Positions 37,534 to 46,349 are shown, counted from the stretch's first letter. The stretch: 55,054 nucleotides of DNA from a virus (IMGVR_UViG_3300025018_000181:1-55054); one strand, 5' to 3'. Notes: generated by a model from the sequence alone, not told the origin. Translations and numbers: made by a program.

Positions 37534-37579
37534 CTTGACTTTGGGCAGAATTATGGTATAATAGGGGGACAAGCAAGAA
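37529..37579. repeat. right arm of 51-bp inverted repeat
   Basis: See 37314-37364. Confidence 0.95.
37535..37562 (+). promoter_or_regulatory. rightward conserved promoter
   Basis: TTGACT-N16-TATAAT with TG extension. Confidence 0.85.
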
Positions 37580-37593
37580 AGGAGCCCCTAACT

Positions 37594-38265
37594 ATGGGCA
37601 AGAAACGTCCGCAGCAGATAGTAGTGGTTGTGAAAACCGCCACATGCACTCCCGGAGATGAGGCCGCACTAAAGTATATCAAGAGCAAGGTGCGCAATAC
37701 CAAGTTCGTCTCGACACTCCTCGCCCCGGCTCCCGCAAAGGTGAATGGCGTTATCTACCTAGGCAACCCAACTAAAGGACTCGACCCACAATACCATAAA
37801 GTTGCGCCCAACGCATGGTATGTCAGGATTGCACTCGACCCGTTTTGGCCACTCAGACTATGGGGCCCGAAGACACCTACCGAGCCGGGCAAGGTGGTTG
37901 CACTAAAGTCTACCGGCAAAGCGCGACTCGCAGAAGCGCTGCGTATCGTAGCTTATGGCGACGTGCCTCACGGGCTGACTAAAGTGCATGATCCTCACGC
38001 CCTAATATATCCCTATGTCGTTGAACGGATCGAATCGTATGAATTGGCACAAGAATTGCTAACGCGCGCGCGTTCCGATATTATACGATCTTGCACCCTT
38101 CGCCTCATGCCTGGATACGTGAAGACGACATCTCTTGTGGACAAAATTATATCTTTTCTCGCTTGCGTTTCGGATTATCCCATGTATAATAGGGGAAGAT
38201 TGCGACGGGACCCACAGATTAAAAGGTTCTGGCCTCGATACAAACAAGGCCAGAATCCAAGATAA
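37594..38265 (+). CDS. hypothetical basic protein (first early gene)
   Basis: AAGGAG RBS before ATG 37594; the longer ORF-track start lies upstream of the promoter. Confidence 0.7.
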   Translation: MGKKRPQQIVVVVKTATCTPGDEAALKYIKSKVRNTKFVSTLLAPAPAKVNGVIYLGNPTKGLDPQYHKVAPNAWYVRIALDPFWPLRLWGPKTPTEPGKVVALKSTGKARLAEALRIVAYGDVPHGLTKVHDPHALIYPYVVERIESYELAQELLTRARSDIIRSCTLRLMPGYVKTTSLVDKIISFLACVSDYPMYNRGRLRRDPQIKRFWPRYKQGQNPR

Positions 38266-38277
38266 GGAGTCTTATCC

Positions 38278-38694
38278 ATGAAGCTTTACATTCTCGTCAT
38301 GCGCGAAGGTTATCATAAGTTCACCGTCTCCGGCTCGAAGATCCGATTTAAGTCAGCTCTACAGTTGAGCCTTGAGAAAGACTTGCGCTTCAACCCCACC
38401 ACACAAGAGTTTTCTTACCGTCGCATTGCTCGCGAATACGAGCCGCTGACTGGCCTCTCACCTTTTCGGGTTGTTGAGAATATGGATCGGGTCGAAGCTG
38501 CTCGCAAAGACATTATTCAGGCCGCACTGGAAGCGAATATCTTGACTCGCATGCGTGTGTTCAACACGGAAGTCGAGGCCCTCTTCGCTGAGGCTTTAGC
38601 CTTGCACAAAGATTGCCGCAAGGCTAAAAACAAGAAGCTGATCAGCCCACATATGCGCGCAATTGCCGGTCTTTGCAAGCGCTTACAAAAGTAG
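38278..38694 (+). CDS. hypothetical protein
   Basis: AAGGAG RBS. Confidence 0.7.
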   Translation: MKLYILVMREGYHKFTVSGSKIRFKSALQLSLEKDLRFNPTTQEFSYRRIAREYEPLTGLSPFRVVENMDRVEAARKDIIQAALEANILTRMRVFNTEVEALFAEALALHKDCRKAKNKKLISPHMRAIAGLCKRLQK

Positions 38695-38701
38695 AGGAAA
38701 C

Positions 38702-39004
38702 ATGAATCACCTAATTATCGAGGCCGATCGCAAGATCGTGAACGCAGTTCTGAAAGAGTCCGAGCTTAAGCGCGGACTTAAGGAAGCACAAGACAAGGTC
38801 ACGAGGCTCGAACGGACACGGGCGAACTTAATTAAGTGGTATTGCCCGACGCCTAGCTACCTGGAGCACGTAACGGAAGCTCTTCAAGACGCAACAAAGG
38901 CCTTAGAAGAGGCCGAGAAGCGCTACGCGGAAGCTCGCAAAGACACCGAAGTTGCCATGCGCAACTATAGTGAGTTGAGAAAGGCCGAGATCAATGTTAA
39001 GTAA
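38702..39004 (+). CDS. hypothetical coiled-coil protein
   Basis: GAGGA RBS before ATG 38702. Confidence 0.7.
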   Translation: MNHLIIEADRKIVNAVLKESELKRGLKEAQDKVTRLERTRANLIKWYCPTPSYLEHVTEALQDATKALEEAEKRYAEARKDTEVAMRNYSELRKAEINVK

Positions 39005-39212
39005 TAACCAGAGACTTAAAGGGCTGCATTGCAACTTCTGCGATGCTGAAAATGAAGAGGTGCTTTTCACCTCTCTTATGCTCGACCAAGGCTATAGTGG
39101 TGTCGAGAATCTTGGTGAAGATACAGGACCGCGATTCAGCCGAGCCTGCGCTGGGTGTGCTGAGACAATCCTAGGGCCATTCGGACGGGCAAAGCTTGGC
39201 AACCAGCATTAA
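38994..39212 (+). CDS. small Zn-finger-like protein
   Basis: CNFC...CAGC. Confidence 0.6.
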   Translation: MLSNNQRLKGLHCNFCDAENEEVLFTSLMLDQGYSGVENLGEDTGPRFSRACAGCAETILGPFGRAKLGNQH

Positions 39213-39570
39213 GTCTCTTCAAGTGTCGCGAAATCCTATAACTTGGATTATCTCCCTTCTCCGTCCACTGGATATTACCCTTCCTCACAGTCAGACTTTT
39301 GTAAGTCTGCTGAAACGCTTGGCCAACACTTGTAAAGGACCAGCTAAGAGCTATTGGTTAGTGAAACGCAAGCACCTGGTTGGCTATGACGAACACCATA
39401 GTAAGGTAGTTCGCGCTTACTCACCCAGCCATGCGCAGCGTGTCGCAATGGCGGGTGTTATTGGTGACGAAGGGTCTCTATCTTGGGCTGATATCCGTTT
39501 GCTGGATATCACGAACCTAGACGATATCCAAGACGATCGAGATATACTGGTAGCAACTAACAAGGGTTAA
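39196..39570 (+). CDS. hypothetical protein
   Basis: Overlaps upstream gene; paralogous remnant at 40081-40224. Confidence 0.6.
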   Translation: MATSIKSLQVSRNPITWIISLLRPLDITLPHSQTFVSLLKRLANTCKGPAKSYWLVKRKHLVGYDEHHSKVVRAYSPSHAQRVAMAGVIGDEGSLSWADIRLLDITNLDDIQDDRDILVATNKG

Positions 39571-39595
39571 AATAGTTAAACCCCAAGAGGTAACA

Positions 39596-40069
39596 GTGGA
39601 ATACTTGGGAACAATCAAGGTTGACGGCGACGAATTGACGATAGTTCGTCGCGACAACGGCTCTTTGACAGCCGTTGGATATCAAAACGAGGTCGAGGAC
39701 TGGGTCCTCGTGGAGCAGTCGAAGATAGTCGGCGGGCCATGCCGCCGGCGGATTCACGCTCTCGAAGAGGGAGCGAGGGCTGAGGCCCTGAGACGCGGAC
39801 TCATCCGCGTAGAGCCCCTAGGGCTCGAAGGCTACACAAGCGAGGCGGTGACTAAAAGCGCCGAGTTCTACGATGGTCCCGCTGTGTTCACTGATGGAGA
39901 CCACTGCTTCAGCGTTGAGATCACAACTACCGCAATGCCCATTCAAGGGCGCGGAACCGTCTCTTGCAGTCACATTCGGTTCGTCCTTTTGCCTTCTCGA
40001 AGGCATCGCGGCGAGCTGCTGCTGTACGGCGAGGTCCCAAAGACTGTTCGTCGGTTCTATGGGAGCTGA
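39596..40069 (+). CDS. hypothetical protein
   Basis: GAGG RBS, GTG start. Confidence 0.65.
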   Translation: MEYLGTIKVDGDELTIVRRDNGSLTAVGYQNEVEDWVLVEQSKIVGGPCRRRIHALEEGARAEALRRGLIRVEPLGLEGYTSEAVTKSAEFYDGPAVFTDGDHCFSVEITTTAMPIQGRGTVSCSHIRFVLLPSRRHRGELLLYGEVPKTVRRFYGS

Positions 40070-40080
40070 CAGAGGATATT

Positions 40081-40224
40081 ATGCGCGTGGCTTTTCTGTT
40101 GCAAAAAACTGTTGACTAGGGTTTTGAGGCATCCGCGCCAACGCGAGCTTGGGTCTATGCCCAAGTACTAGACATTACGAATCTCGAAGACCGAGATAGA
40201 ATGGTGGTAACTAACAATGGTTAG
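40081..40224 (+). pseudogene. TAG-interrupted paralogue of the C-terminus of 39196..39570
   Basis: MRVAFLLQKTVD*GFE...VLDITNLEDRDRMVVTNNG versus LLDITNLDDIQDDRDILVATNKG; GAGGA RBS. Confidence 0.6.
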
Positions 40225-40924
40225 ACCTGAAATTGATCACAAGCTCGTGGCCTATGTACACTATCGGATTCCTTCGGTTGTGCGTGAGGTTCTTCAAGAC
40301 TTTTGTTCTCCGCGAGCTGTCGTCGCGGGTGGTTTCATTCGTGACGCCACGTATAACTACTTTAAGCAAGAACAAAGTGAGAGCGTTGTTTCGCGAGATA
40401 TTGATATCTTCGTGTTGGGAGACCTCGAAGAACGCCGCTCAGTCGCGCATACTATTGCATACCGCATTGCGGCTCGCAACCCTTATAATCAGGCTCTCTA
40501 CAAGAGAAAGGCCTCTGGGTACTTAGTCTGCGAAGCTATCGGCTCCGACCACAAGCCGATCGAGGTTCAAGTTATATACCGGTGCAAGGAAAGTTCTGTT
40601 GCTAAGCTCTTGGAGAATTTTGACTTTTACATGTGTCAAGCCGCGTTTGTGTTCAACCCGCACCCTGAGACTTTGATATTCTCAGATAAGTACTTAGAGT
40701 GTGCCGTGACGCGCACACTTAAGTTCAATGCGGATATCAGGCAAGTGCCATACCGCAGTCTTGAGCGATATCAGCGTTTTATTGAGCGAGGGTTTACTCC
40801 GTGCCCTGAGGCTGAAAAGGATATCGAGGCCCGCATCTCTAACTTTGAAAATCGCTTAAAATCCCCTGAGCTACTCAGTGTTATAGAGTATGATAATTTC
40901 TATTCAGAAGGCGATTCCGAGTGA
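40217..40924 (+). CDS. nucleotidyltransferase (poly(A) polymerase/CCA head-domain-like)
   Basis: VAGGFIRD, RDIDIF, NFDF, R..R...RGF. Confidence 0.85.
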   Translation: MVRPEIDHKLVAYVHYRIPSVVREVLQDFCSPRAVVAGGFIRDATYNYFKQEQSESVVSRDIDIFVLGDLEERRSVAHTIAYRIAARNPYNQALYKRKASGYLVCEAIGSDHKPIEVQVIYRCKESSVAKLLENFDFYMCQAAFVFNPHPETLIFSDKYLECAVTRTLKFNADIRQVPYRSLERYQRFIERGFTPCPEAEKDIEARISNFENRLKSPELLSVIEYDNFYSEGDSE

Positions 40925-41226
40925 GCGGACTTAAAGTTGGGAACTATGTTCTTGCTACTAAGCATAGTAATGGGTGCGCTACTGATCCGTGGGCTTATGG
41001 GGCTATTATAGCGATCCATTACACAGGTCAAAAGCGGGCCTACCAACTAGACTCAGGACCAACGCAGTGCTTTAGTACTGCAAGACGCATTACAAAAGCT
41101 GAAGGGCTCTATTTTAGGCGGCACGCTCGTGACCTAAAAAGAAGGAGCGTGAAGCTGTGGACGTTATTGCGCCAATTGAGGCGAGGTCAAATTGAAGGCT
41201 TTAAAGAAAACATCTATGAAGACTAA
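40921..41226 (+). CDS. hypothetical basic protein
   Basis: Coupled ORF; G.YVLATK......DPW..G. Confidence 0.6.
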   Translation: MSGLKVGNYVLATKHSNGCATDPWAYGAIIAIHYTGQKRAYQLDSGPTQCFSTARRITKAEGLYFRRHARDLKRRSVKLWTLLRQLRRGQIEGFKENIYED

Positions 41227-42160
41227 AGTATACTTTCATGGCAACTGTGCCGACGGCACGCTTGCTGCAGCGGTATTCGACTTGCTGATGAGGGACCGGA
41301 GCTGCGCCTCGACGGTGACTTATGAGAAGTTCGTCTACAACACTACGGAAATCATGGCAGAGCCTGATGTTGATACCCTGGTGTTCGTGGACTGCAATGT
41401 CACGAAAGAAGCAATACTCAAAGTCAAAGAGGGTCGCGAGTCGCTCATCGTCAAGGTCTTTGATCATCATGAAGGCTCGGAGTGGGTCCGCCACACCTGG
41501 GAAGTCGATGGGCTTCATGACCCCAGGTATTCCGGCGCAGCTTTAGTCATGTTCGCGTCGATGGCTCCAAAGATCTTATCAATCGGCCTGCATGTTGGCT
41601 TGCCCATCTTTACTGCTACCGCCGATCTTCTTAGCCGCGTTGCGCCATTGGTTGAAGCAATCTCTAAATATGATACTTGGAGCCCAGATAAGAGTGCCTC
41701 AGATACTGCTATCTCCAAGGCGCTGCACTTCAGGTATTGCGACCAGCCGGAGTTATTAGCCCGGCATATCATTGAGAAACCTAGGCTCTTCAAAGAGCTG
41801 CAAATCATGGGTGAGACTTTAGTGGCCCAAGAAGCTCAAATCATTGAGAATATGTCAAAGAATCGCCATATTGTAGTTATTGGCGATTGTGCTTGCCCTC
41901 TTATTATGACTGGCGGCTCGGAGACTCCTTTTCTCAACGAAGCTTTACACGCAATTGCGAGTAAAGAAGAGGGCGTAGCTTGCGGCGCATACCTTGACTT
42001 CAATAAGAGACTTAAGCTTTCTTTCCGCTCGGTAGCCGAAGGTAAGGCGCTAACTCTCGCCAAAGAGCTTGGAGGTGGTGGGCACCCAAACGCTGCTGGG
42101 GTAAAACTTTCTGTGGATGATTCCAAGAAGTTCATGGAAAAGATTTTGGCAATTTTTTAA
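41216..42160 (+). CDS. DHH/DHHA1 phosphoesterase (nanoRNase-like)
   Basis: HGNCADG, FVD, DHH, SGA, YDTW, SFRS, GGGGHPNAAG. Confidence 0.92.
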   Translation: MKTKVYFHGNCADGTLAAAVFDLLMRDRSCASTVTYEKFVYNTTEIMAEPDVDTLVFVDCNVTKEAILKVKEGRESLIVKVFDHHEGSEWVRHTWEVDGLHDPRYSGAALVMFASMAPKILSIGLHVGLPIFTATADLLSRVAPLVEAISKYDTWSPDKSASDTAISKALHFRYCDQPELLARHIIEKPRLFKELQIMGETLVAQEAQIIENMSKNRHIVVIGDCACPLIMTGGSETPFLNEALHAIASKEEGVACGAYLDFNKRLKLSFRSVAEGKALTLAKELGGGGHPNAAGVKLSVDDSKKFMEKILAIF

Positions 42161-42169
42161 AATTGTCGC

Positions 42170-42197
42170 TTGACAACTCGAGAAATTATGGTATAAT
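42170..42197 (+). promoter_or_regulatory. conserved phage promoter
   Basis: TTGACA-N16-TATAAT. Confidence 0.88.
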
Positions 42198-42246
42198 AGG
42201 GGCATGACGCAAGGGTAACGAGCCCCTTGTACGAAAGAGGATTAAA

Positions 42247-43023
42247 GTGCGGACACAGCTGCCGAATGGTGTTCAGGTGTTCAGCTTCATTGGCGACTTA
42301 CCGAAGTGTCTTGTCGCGCAGCTTCGGACCCACCAAAGAATGCCAGCTATACCGTTGGCACTGTCTTGCCAGTCCAGTCGGGCCGTCCCGACCGAATCGG
42401 TTATGACTAAAGTGCCGGTCTACGTTCCAGAGTTTAGGCGCCGCTTGGCGGGTATGGAAGAAGGCCCAGTTTTTGAGGGCCGCGAGCAAGCCGAGATGCA
42501 AGCCATATGGCGTGAACACGAGCGTTTCACACTTGAAACGATGAACAAGCTCGCCAATGTTGCCCCGAACATTAGTAAGGGGCAGATCAATAGGCTCTTG
42601 GAGCCGCATCGGATGACGCGCATACTTATGACTGCGCCTATTTCGATCTGGGAGTACTTTTGGGCGCTCCGAGCCACACCGAATGCACAAGGAGAGATGG
42701 AAGCTTTCGCGGTTCAGACTCTCGAAGCTTTTAATCGCGCAATCAAAGTCGAGGCTCCGGTGCATCGTCCTTTCCAGGTCGATACGAACGAAGAAGCCGT
42801 AGTTATGGCGGCGCGCGTCTCATTCCGCTCCGACTCTCGCAAGAATATTCTTGAGCGCTTCAAGCAGCTGTGGGACGATCAGCACTATGGTCCTTTCGAG
42901 CATGTGGTCTACCCAACGCCAGAAGAGCATGAAGGCGACTATACGTTTGAAGGGCGCTTTGTTGGGCACCGAGCAATGCCACTGCGGCAATATATGCTCA
43001 ATGATCTTTGGCGGCCTACATGA
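42247..43023 (+). CDS. thyX: FAD-dependent thymidylate synthase, phage type
   Basis: QLRTH..., SSRAVP, INRLLEP, F.ALR....AQ.E, AARVS, H.GPFEH. Confidence 0.8.
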   Translation: MRTQLPNGVQVFSFIGDLPKCLVAQLRTHQRMPAIPLALSCQSSRAVPTESVMTKVPVYVPEFRRRLAGMEEGPVFEGREQAEMQAIWREHERFTLETMNKLANVAPNISKGQINRLLEPHRMTRILMTAPISIWEYFWALRATPNAQGEMEAFAVQTLEAFNRAIKVEAPVHRPFQVDTNEEAVVMAARVSFRSDSRKNILERFKQLWDDQHYGPFEHVVYPTPEEHEGDYTFEGRFVGHRAMPLRQYMLNDLWRPT

Positions 43024-43122
43024 CTGAGTAGGTAGTTTTAGAGTATTTTGGGCCCTGGTCAATAAGTGCCGGAACCTCGGCGATCAGTGGCAAGTATCGA
43101 TCCCGACAAGGAAGCCAGTTAA

Positions 43123-43500
43123 TTGGATACCCCTAATATGGCCTTGGCTGAGAGTGATAGTTCTCTCACGGGACTACCGCTGACAATAGTCTTCAACTAC
43201 GAGTTCCGCGAGGACCTTTTTAAGAAGTCCTCGCGGTGGAGCTTCCCGGTTAAAAAGCTCCTCGTATATGCCTTGAGCCGCAAAGTCTCATTCACTATAG
43301 CCCAGCAGCCTGGAGGTGCCTCATGCTCTAAACGATATGTCTTACTGTGGGAAGACAGACACTGGTGCCGTCTCTATGTTGCCAGTGGTTCGACCTTTAT
43401 ACGTGCTACTATGAAGGAGTCGCAAGAGATCATGAAAGGATACCCTTTCCACCAGCCAATAAGGACACGCTATGAAGTATATTCACCCAGTCATTGTTGA
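43123..43500 (+). CDS. hypothetical protein
   Basis: ORF in operon; start uncertain. Confidence 0.5.
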   Translation: MDTPNMALAESDSSLTGLPLTIVFNYEFREDLFKKSSRWSFPVKKLLVYALSRKVSFTIAQQPGGASCSKRYVLLWEDRHWCRLYVASGSTFIRATMKESQEIMKGYPFHQPIRTRYEVYSPSHC

Positions 43501-43720
43501 CTGGCGCTACCCCTACATCAAGCTCAGTGAGATACGCTGGTATGAGCGTTCGTTTGGGCACGTGGAAGTATACTTGCCAACGCTCGAAATGGCCCGGCTG
43601 GCTCGAACTCGCGAAGGTCGCAAGTGGCCACCGGCATTCCGTAACAGCCCAAAGATCTTACTTGCAGGAAGGCACATGGAGGCCTTTCTAAAGTCTGTTA
43701 AAGAAATTGAGGAAGTATGA
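43472..43720 (+). CDS. hypothetical protein
   Basis: AAGGA RBS, coupled ORF. Confidence 0.6.
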   Translation: MKYIHPVIVDWRYPYIKLSEIRWYERSFGHVEVYLPTLEMARLARTREGRKWPPAFRNSPKILLAGRHMEAFLKSVKEIEEV

Positions 43721-44202
43721 GCAAGCCAGTGCTTGACTTTGATGAGAAGACGTGGTATGCTTACCGAGACTTTGTTGTGGCCCACACAACCCGGTATTAT
43801 ACCGGACCACAAGGAAATGCTTATGGCAATCTCTACATGCAGCTTAGCTTAGGGTCTGTTATCAAACTAGCATTAAGTGTGCATCGTGGAAAGCCTTTAG
43901 ACTATGCTCGCAAGAAGACCTTTCGCAAGCATGTTTCTTCCGTGCTTTGGAATTTTGTCGCAACTCGGCTCCGAGAAACAAGCTGGGAAAAGATTTCGCG
44001 CTGCCTCGGGGCTGACACTGAGCTAGACGTTCCTGTAACCCCTGGGTGCCTCCGTGACTTTAGTGACCTTATAACAGAAATTCGAGACTCTAGCGAAGAC
44101 GTATTCGCGCTGTTCAACGCACTCTTCCGCTGGGCCGGTGTAGAGTGTACAATGAAACAGCTAATGAGCCGAACAATGGTGAGAAATGGTGAGAAATGGT
44201 GA
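43717..44202 (+). CDS. degenerate (probably inactive) MazG-like paralogue
   Basis: Aligns by eye to the next gene, but EVGE is SLGS and ETGDVLW is HVSSVLW. Confidence 0.55.
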   Translation: MSKPVLDFDEKTWYAYRDFVVAHTTRYYTGPQGNAYGNLYMQLSLGSVIKLALSVHRGKPLDYARKKTFRKHVSSVLWNFVATRLRETSWEKISRCLGADTELDVPVTPGCLRDFSDLITEIRDSSEDVFALFNALFRWAGVECTMKQLMSRTMVRNGEKW

Positions 44203-44210
44203 GAAATGGT
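44175..44210. repeat. 10-bp tandem repeat (AATGGTGAGA) x3.6 spanning a stop/start junction
   Basis: Read directly from sequence. Confidence 0.95.
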
Positions 44211-44748
44211 AGATGAACCTCTCTTAGAGAATTACTTAACCAGGGAAGCCTTTGACCGGCATCAGGTTTTGATCCGTAAGACTTCAATCTATAAGGAGAA
44301 GATTGATTGTGAGGCTGTTAGAGATGCTTACCCACTTCTAGGTCTTATCTCCGAAGTAGGGGAGTTAGCTGACATACTTAAGACGCGCCTTCGAGCCTCT
44401 GAGTTTTTGTCAGATGATGACCGCACGAAGTTCCTCAGTGAAACTGGTGATGTGCTGTGGTACCTCGGCTGCATATTTCACGACTATAACCAAGCCGTGA
44501 ATCACACTCAGTGCCGCATCCTTAACAGTGATGATATTAGTCAGCTTAACCCGGTCACTGACGCCGTTGATGCTGCAACAGTCTTACTGCGTATTCTCGC
44601 AGGGCCTGACGAGTACCTAGACCTGCAGCGGGTGCTGACTTATGTATGCCCGGGCAAAACTCTCAATGACGCAATCGAAGTCAACATTGCGAAGCTCGAA
44701 GCACGCTTCGAGCAGGGCTCGCTCCACGACAAAAGTAAGAGGGGTTAA
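44206..44748 (+). CDS. mazG: MazG-like nucleotide pyrophosphohydrolase
   Basis: LGLISEVGE, ETGDVLWY, NIAKLEAR. Confidence 0.9.
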   Translation: MVDEPLLENYLTREAFDRHQVLIRKTSIYKEKIDCEAVRDAYPLLGLISEVGELADILKTRLRASEFLSDDDRTKFLSETGDVLWYLGCIFHDYNQAVNHTQCRILNSDDISQLNPVTDAVDAATVLLRILAGPDEYLDLQRVLTYVCPGKTLNDAIEVNIAKLEARFEQGSLHDKSKRG

Positions 44749-44979
44749 ATGAAAATATTTCCATTAAAGAGAGGCCGCATTTCAAAGACTTCGAGCGGCG
44801 GCCAAGTTACACTCATACTGATGAGTAACGAAACTCCGCTCGCCATTGAGTTTAGTACCCACTTTGGACGCAGGGGAAAACTTGAGTTAGACCGAGTAGA
44901 ACTCATCAATCTACTCGTCGAAGTCCGAGATGCGTTTCGGGAGAAGGACATCAATCTAATCTTAGAGAGAATAAAATAA
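44749..44979 (+). CDS. hypothetical protein
   Basis: GAGG RBS; fills the operon end. Confidence 0.6.
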   Translation: MKIFPLKRGRISKTSSGGQVTLILMSNETPLAIEFSTHFGRRGKLELDRVELINLLVEVRDAFREKDINLILERIK

Positions 44980-44987
44980 TTTCTCGC

Positions 44988-45015
44988 TTGACAAGGCAGG
45001 AAATTATGTTACAAT
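44988..45015 (+). promoter_or_regulatory. conserved phage promoter (parB operon)
   Basis: TTGACA-N16-TACAAT. Confidence 0.8.
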
Positions 45016-45033
45016 AGGGCCTCATGCAGCGCG

Positions 45034-45110
45034 CTCACGCCTCACGCCTCATGCCTCATGCCTCACCACACTTTAACTGTCTTTAACTGTCTTTAACCGT
45101 CTTTAACCGA
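45034..45110. repeat. (CTCAYGC) x4.7 and (CTTTAACYGW) x4 in the parB leader
   Basis: Read directly from sequence. Confidence 0.95.
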
Positions 45111-45121
45111 AGGAGCCACTA

Positions 45122-46300
45122 ATGGCTATCGACTTTGCGCAGGCGACTAAAAGCCGCCCAATTACTGTTTATGTTTCTATCGACTCGATCGTTGTGCCTG
45201 CTCAAACTCTCCGCGACGTGGACATGGAGAGTGAAGCATTCAAAGAGATTTACAATAGTCTCATTGAAAAAGGTCAAGAGACGGCTATCACCGTTCGCAG
45301 TGTCGGTGGTGTTCACCCTGTCGCTTTCCGTCCTGACTCTGGCGCACTTGCAAACGAAGTGGCGACGCTCTCCCCCACTGGTCTCGTTGATGGGGGACAC
45401 CGCTATGCGGCTTTGAAAAAGGTCGCGCAAGACGTTGCCGAAGGCAAGCTTGACCCAGAGACGGTCGCTCTGCCCGACTACAAAATGATTCGGGCTGAGT
45501 ACATTGGCGATGTGTCTGAAGTAGACATGTTAGTTATGCAGGTGTCGAAGAACCTCATAAAAGCTGATACTCGCCCCATCGAGGTCAGCCGTCAGCTCCA
45601 GCGCCTCAGTGCTTTGGAGCCGACGATCACGCAAAAGGAGCTGGCCGCTCGGCTCTGTATGCACCCATCGAGACTCGCCAAGCTGCTCAAGATGAACACA
45701 CTCCCACAGGAAGTGCAGGATAAAATCGAGTCTGGCGAGATCAAAGCGGCGAATGCCTTGCGCATGACCGAACTTAAGCCGGCCACGGCTCTAGAGCTGA
45801 TGGACGAACTTGCTGGCGCCTCGGTTGAGGAAGCCAATCAACTTATCAACACGGCCCGCAAAGTTGATAGGGCGAAAGCTGAAGCTGGGGGTAAAGAAGT
45901 ATTTGTCCCACCAGCTCCACATGTCCGCAAGAAAGACGAAATTCTTGCTCGTATCCAAGATCCTGGTGATCTTGCTGAAGCTACAGTTGTCGAGGTGCTT
46001 GAGTGGGTTGTCGGACTCGATGCTGAGTCGGTGGCCGAGCACCGCGTCAAGTGGGAAGCCGCTGTTAAGAAGCGGATCGAGAATGGCTTGACCGCCAATC
46101 TTCGTCGTAGTGCCGTGTCGGTTGGCTGTTTGACCGATGAGCAGGTGAAGGGCAAAACGTTTGGACAGCTCACAGAGCTGCTGAACGCTGCGAACAGCAA
46201 GCTCTCTACCGAGATGGCTGCAAGCGCACAACGTTCGCTCATTGAAACCGTGGCTAAGACGCTCGCTGAAGCGAACGAGCCTGTTGCCACCGCTAAGTGA
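45122..46300 (+). CDS. parB: ParB-like protein (ParB/Srx N-domain plus HTH)
   Basis: SL.EKGQ..AITVR, LVDGGHRY.A, N...D..PIE, TQKELAARL..HPS. Confidence 0.85.
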   Translation: MAIDFAQATKSRPITVYVSIDSIVVPAQTLRDVDMESEAFKEIYNSLIEKGQETAITVRSVGGVHPVAFRPDSGALANEVATLSPTGLVDGGHRYAALKKVAQDVAEGKLDPETVALPDYKMIRAEYIGDVSEVDMLVMQVSKNLIKADTRPIEVSRQLQRLSALEPTITQKELAARLCMHPSRLAKLLKMNTLPQEVQDKIESGEIKAANALRMTELKPATALELMDELAGASVEEANQLINTARKVDRAKAEAGGKEVFVPPAPHVRKKDEILARIQDPGDLAEATVVEVLEWVVGLDAESVAEHRVKWEAAVKKRIENGLTANLRRSAVSVGCLTDEQVKGKTFGQLTELLNAANSKLSTEMAASAQRSLIETVAKTLAEANEPVATAK

Positions 46301-46315
46301 GTTGAGTACTTAAGT

Positions 46316-46341
46316 CCCTACACCTGCTAATTGGTGTAGGG
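46316..46341 (+). terminator. stem-loop after parB
   Basis: CCCTACACC pairs with GGTGTAGGG. Confidence 0.6.
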
Positions 46342-46349
46342 GCCTGAGG

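Noticed and set aside
37465-37593. N-terminal extension of ORF 37465..38265
   Set aside because: It runs through the promoter and inverted repeat; the RBS supports ATG 37594
42198-42246. tRNA or riboswitch in the thyX leader
   Set aside because: Only a 6-bp CAAGGG/CCCTTG stem in ~45 nt; too short and no recognisable family motif
40081-43136. Amber (TAG) stop-codon reassignment, suggested by in-frame TAGs at 40117 and 43029
   Set aside because: TAG cleanly ends many genes (e.g. 14720, 16116, 27776, 47129, 51468), long genes are uninterrupted, and no suppressor tRNA was seen
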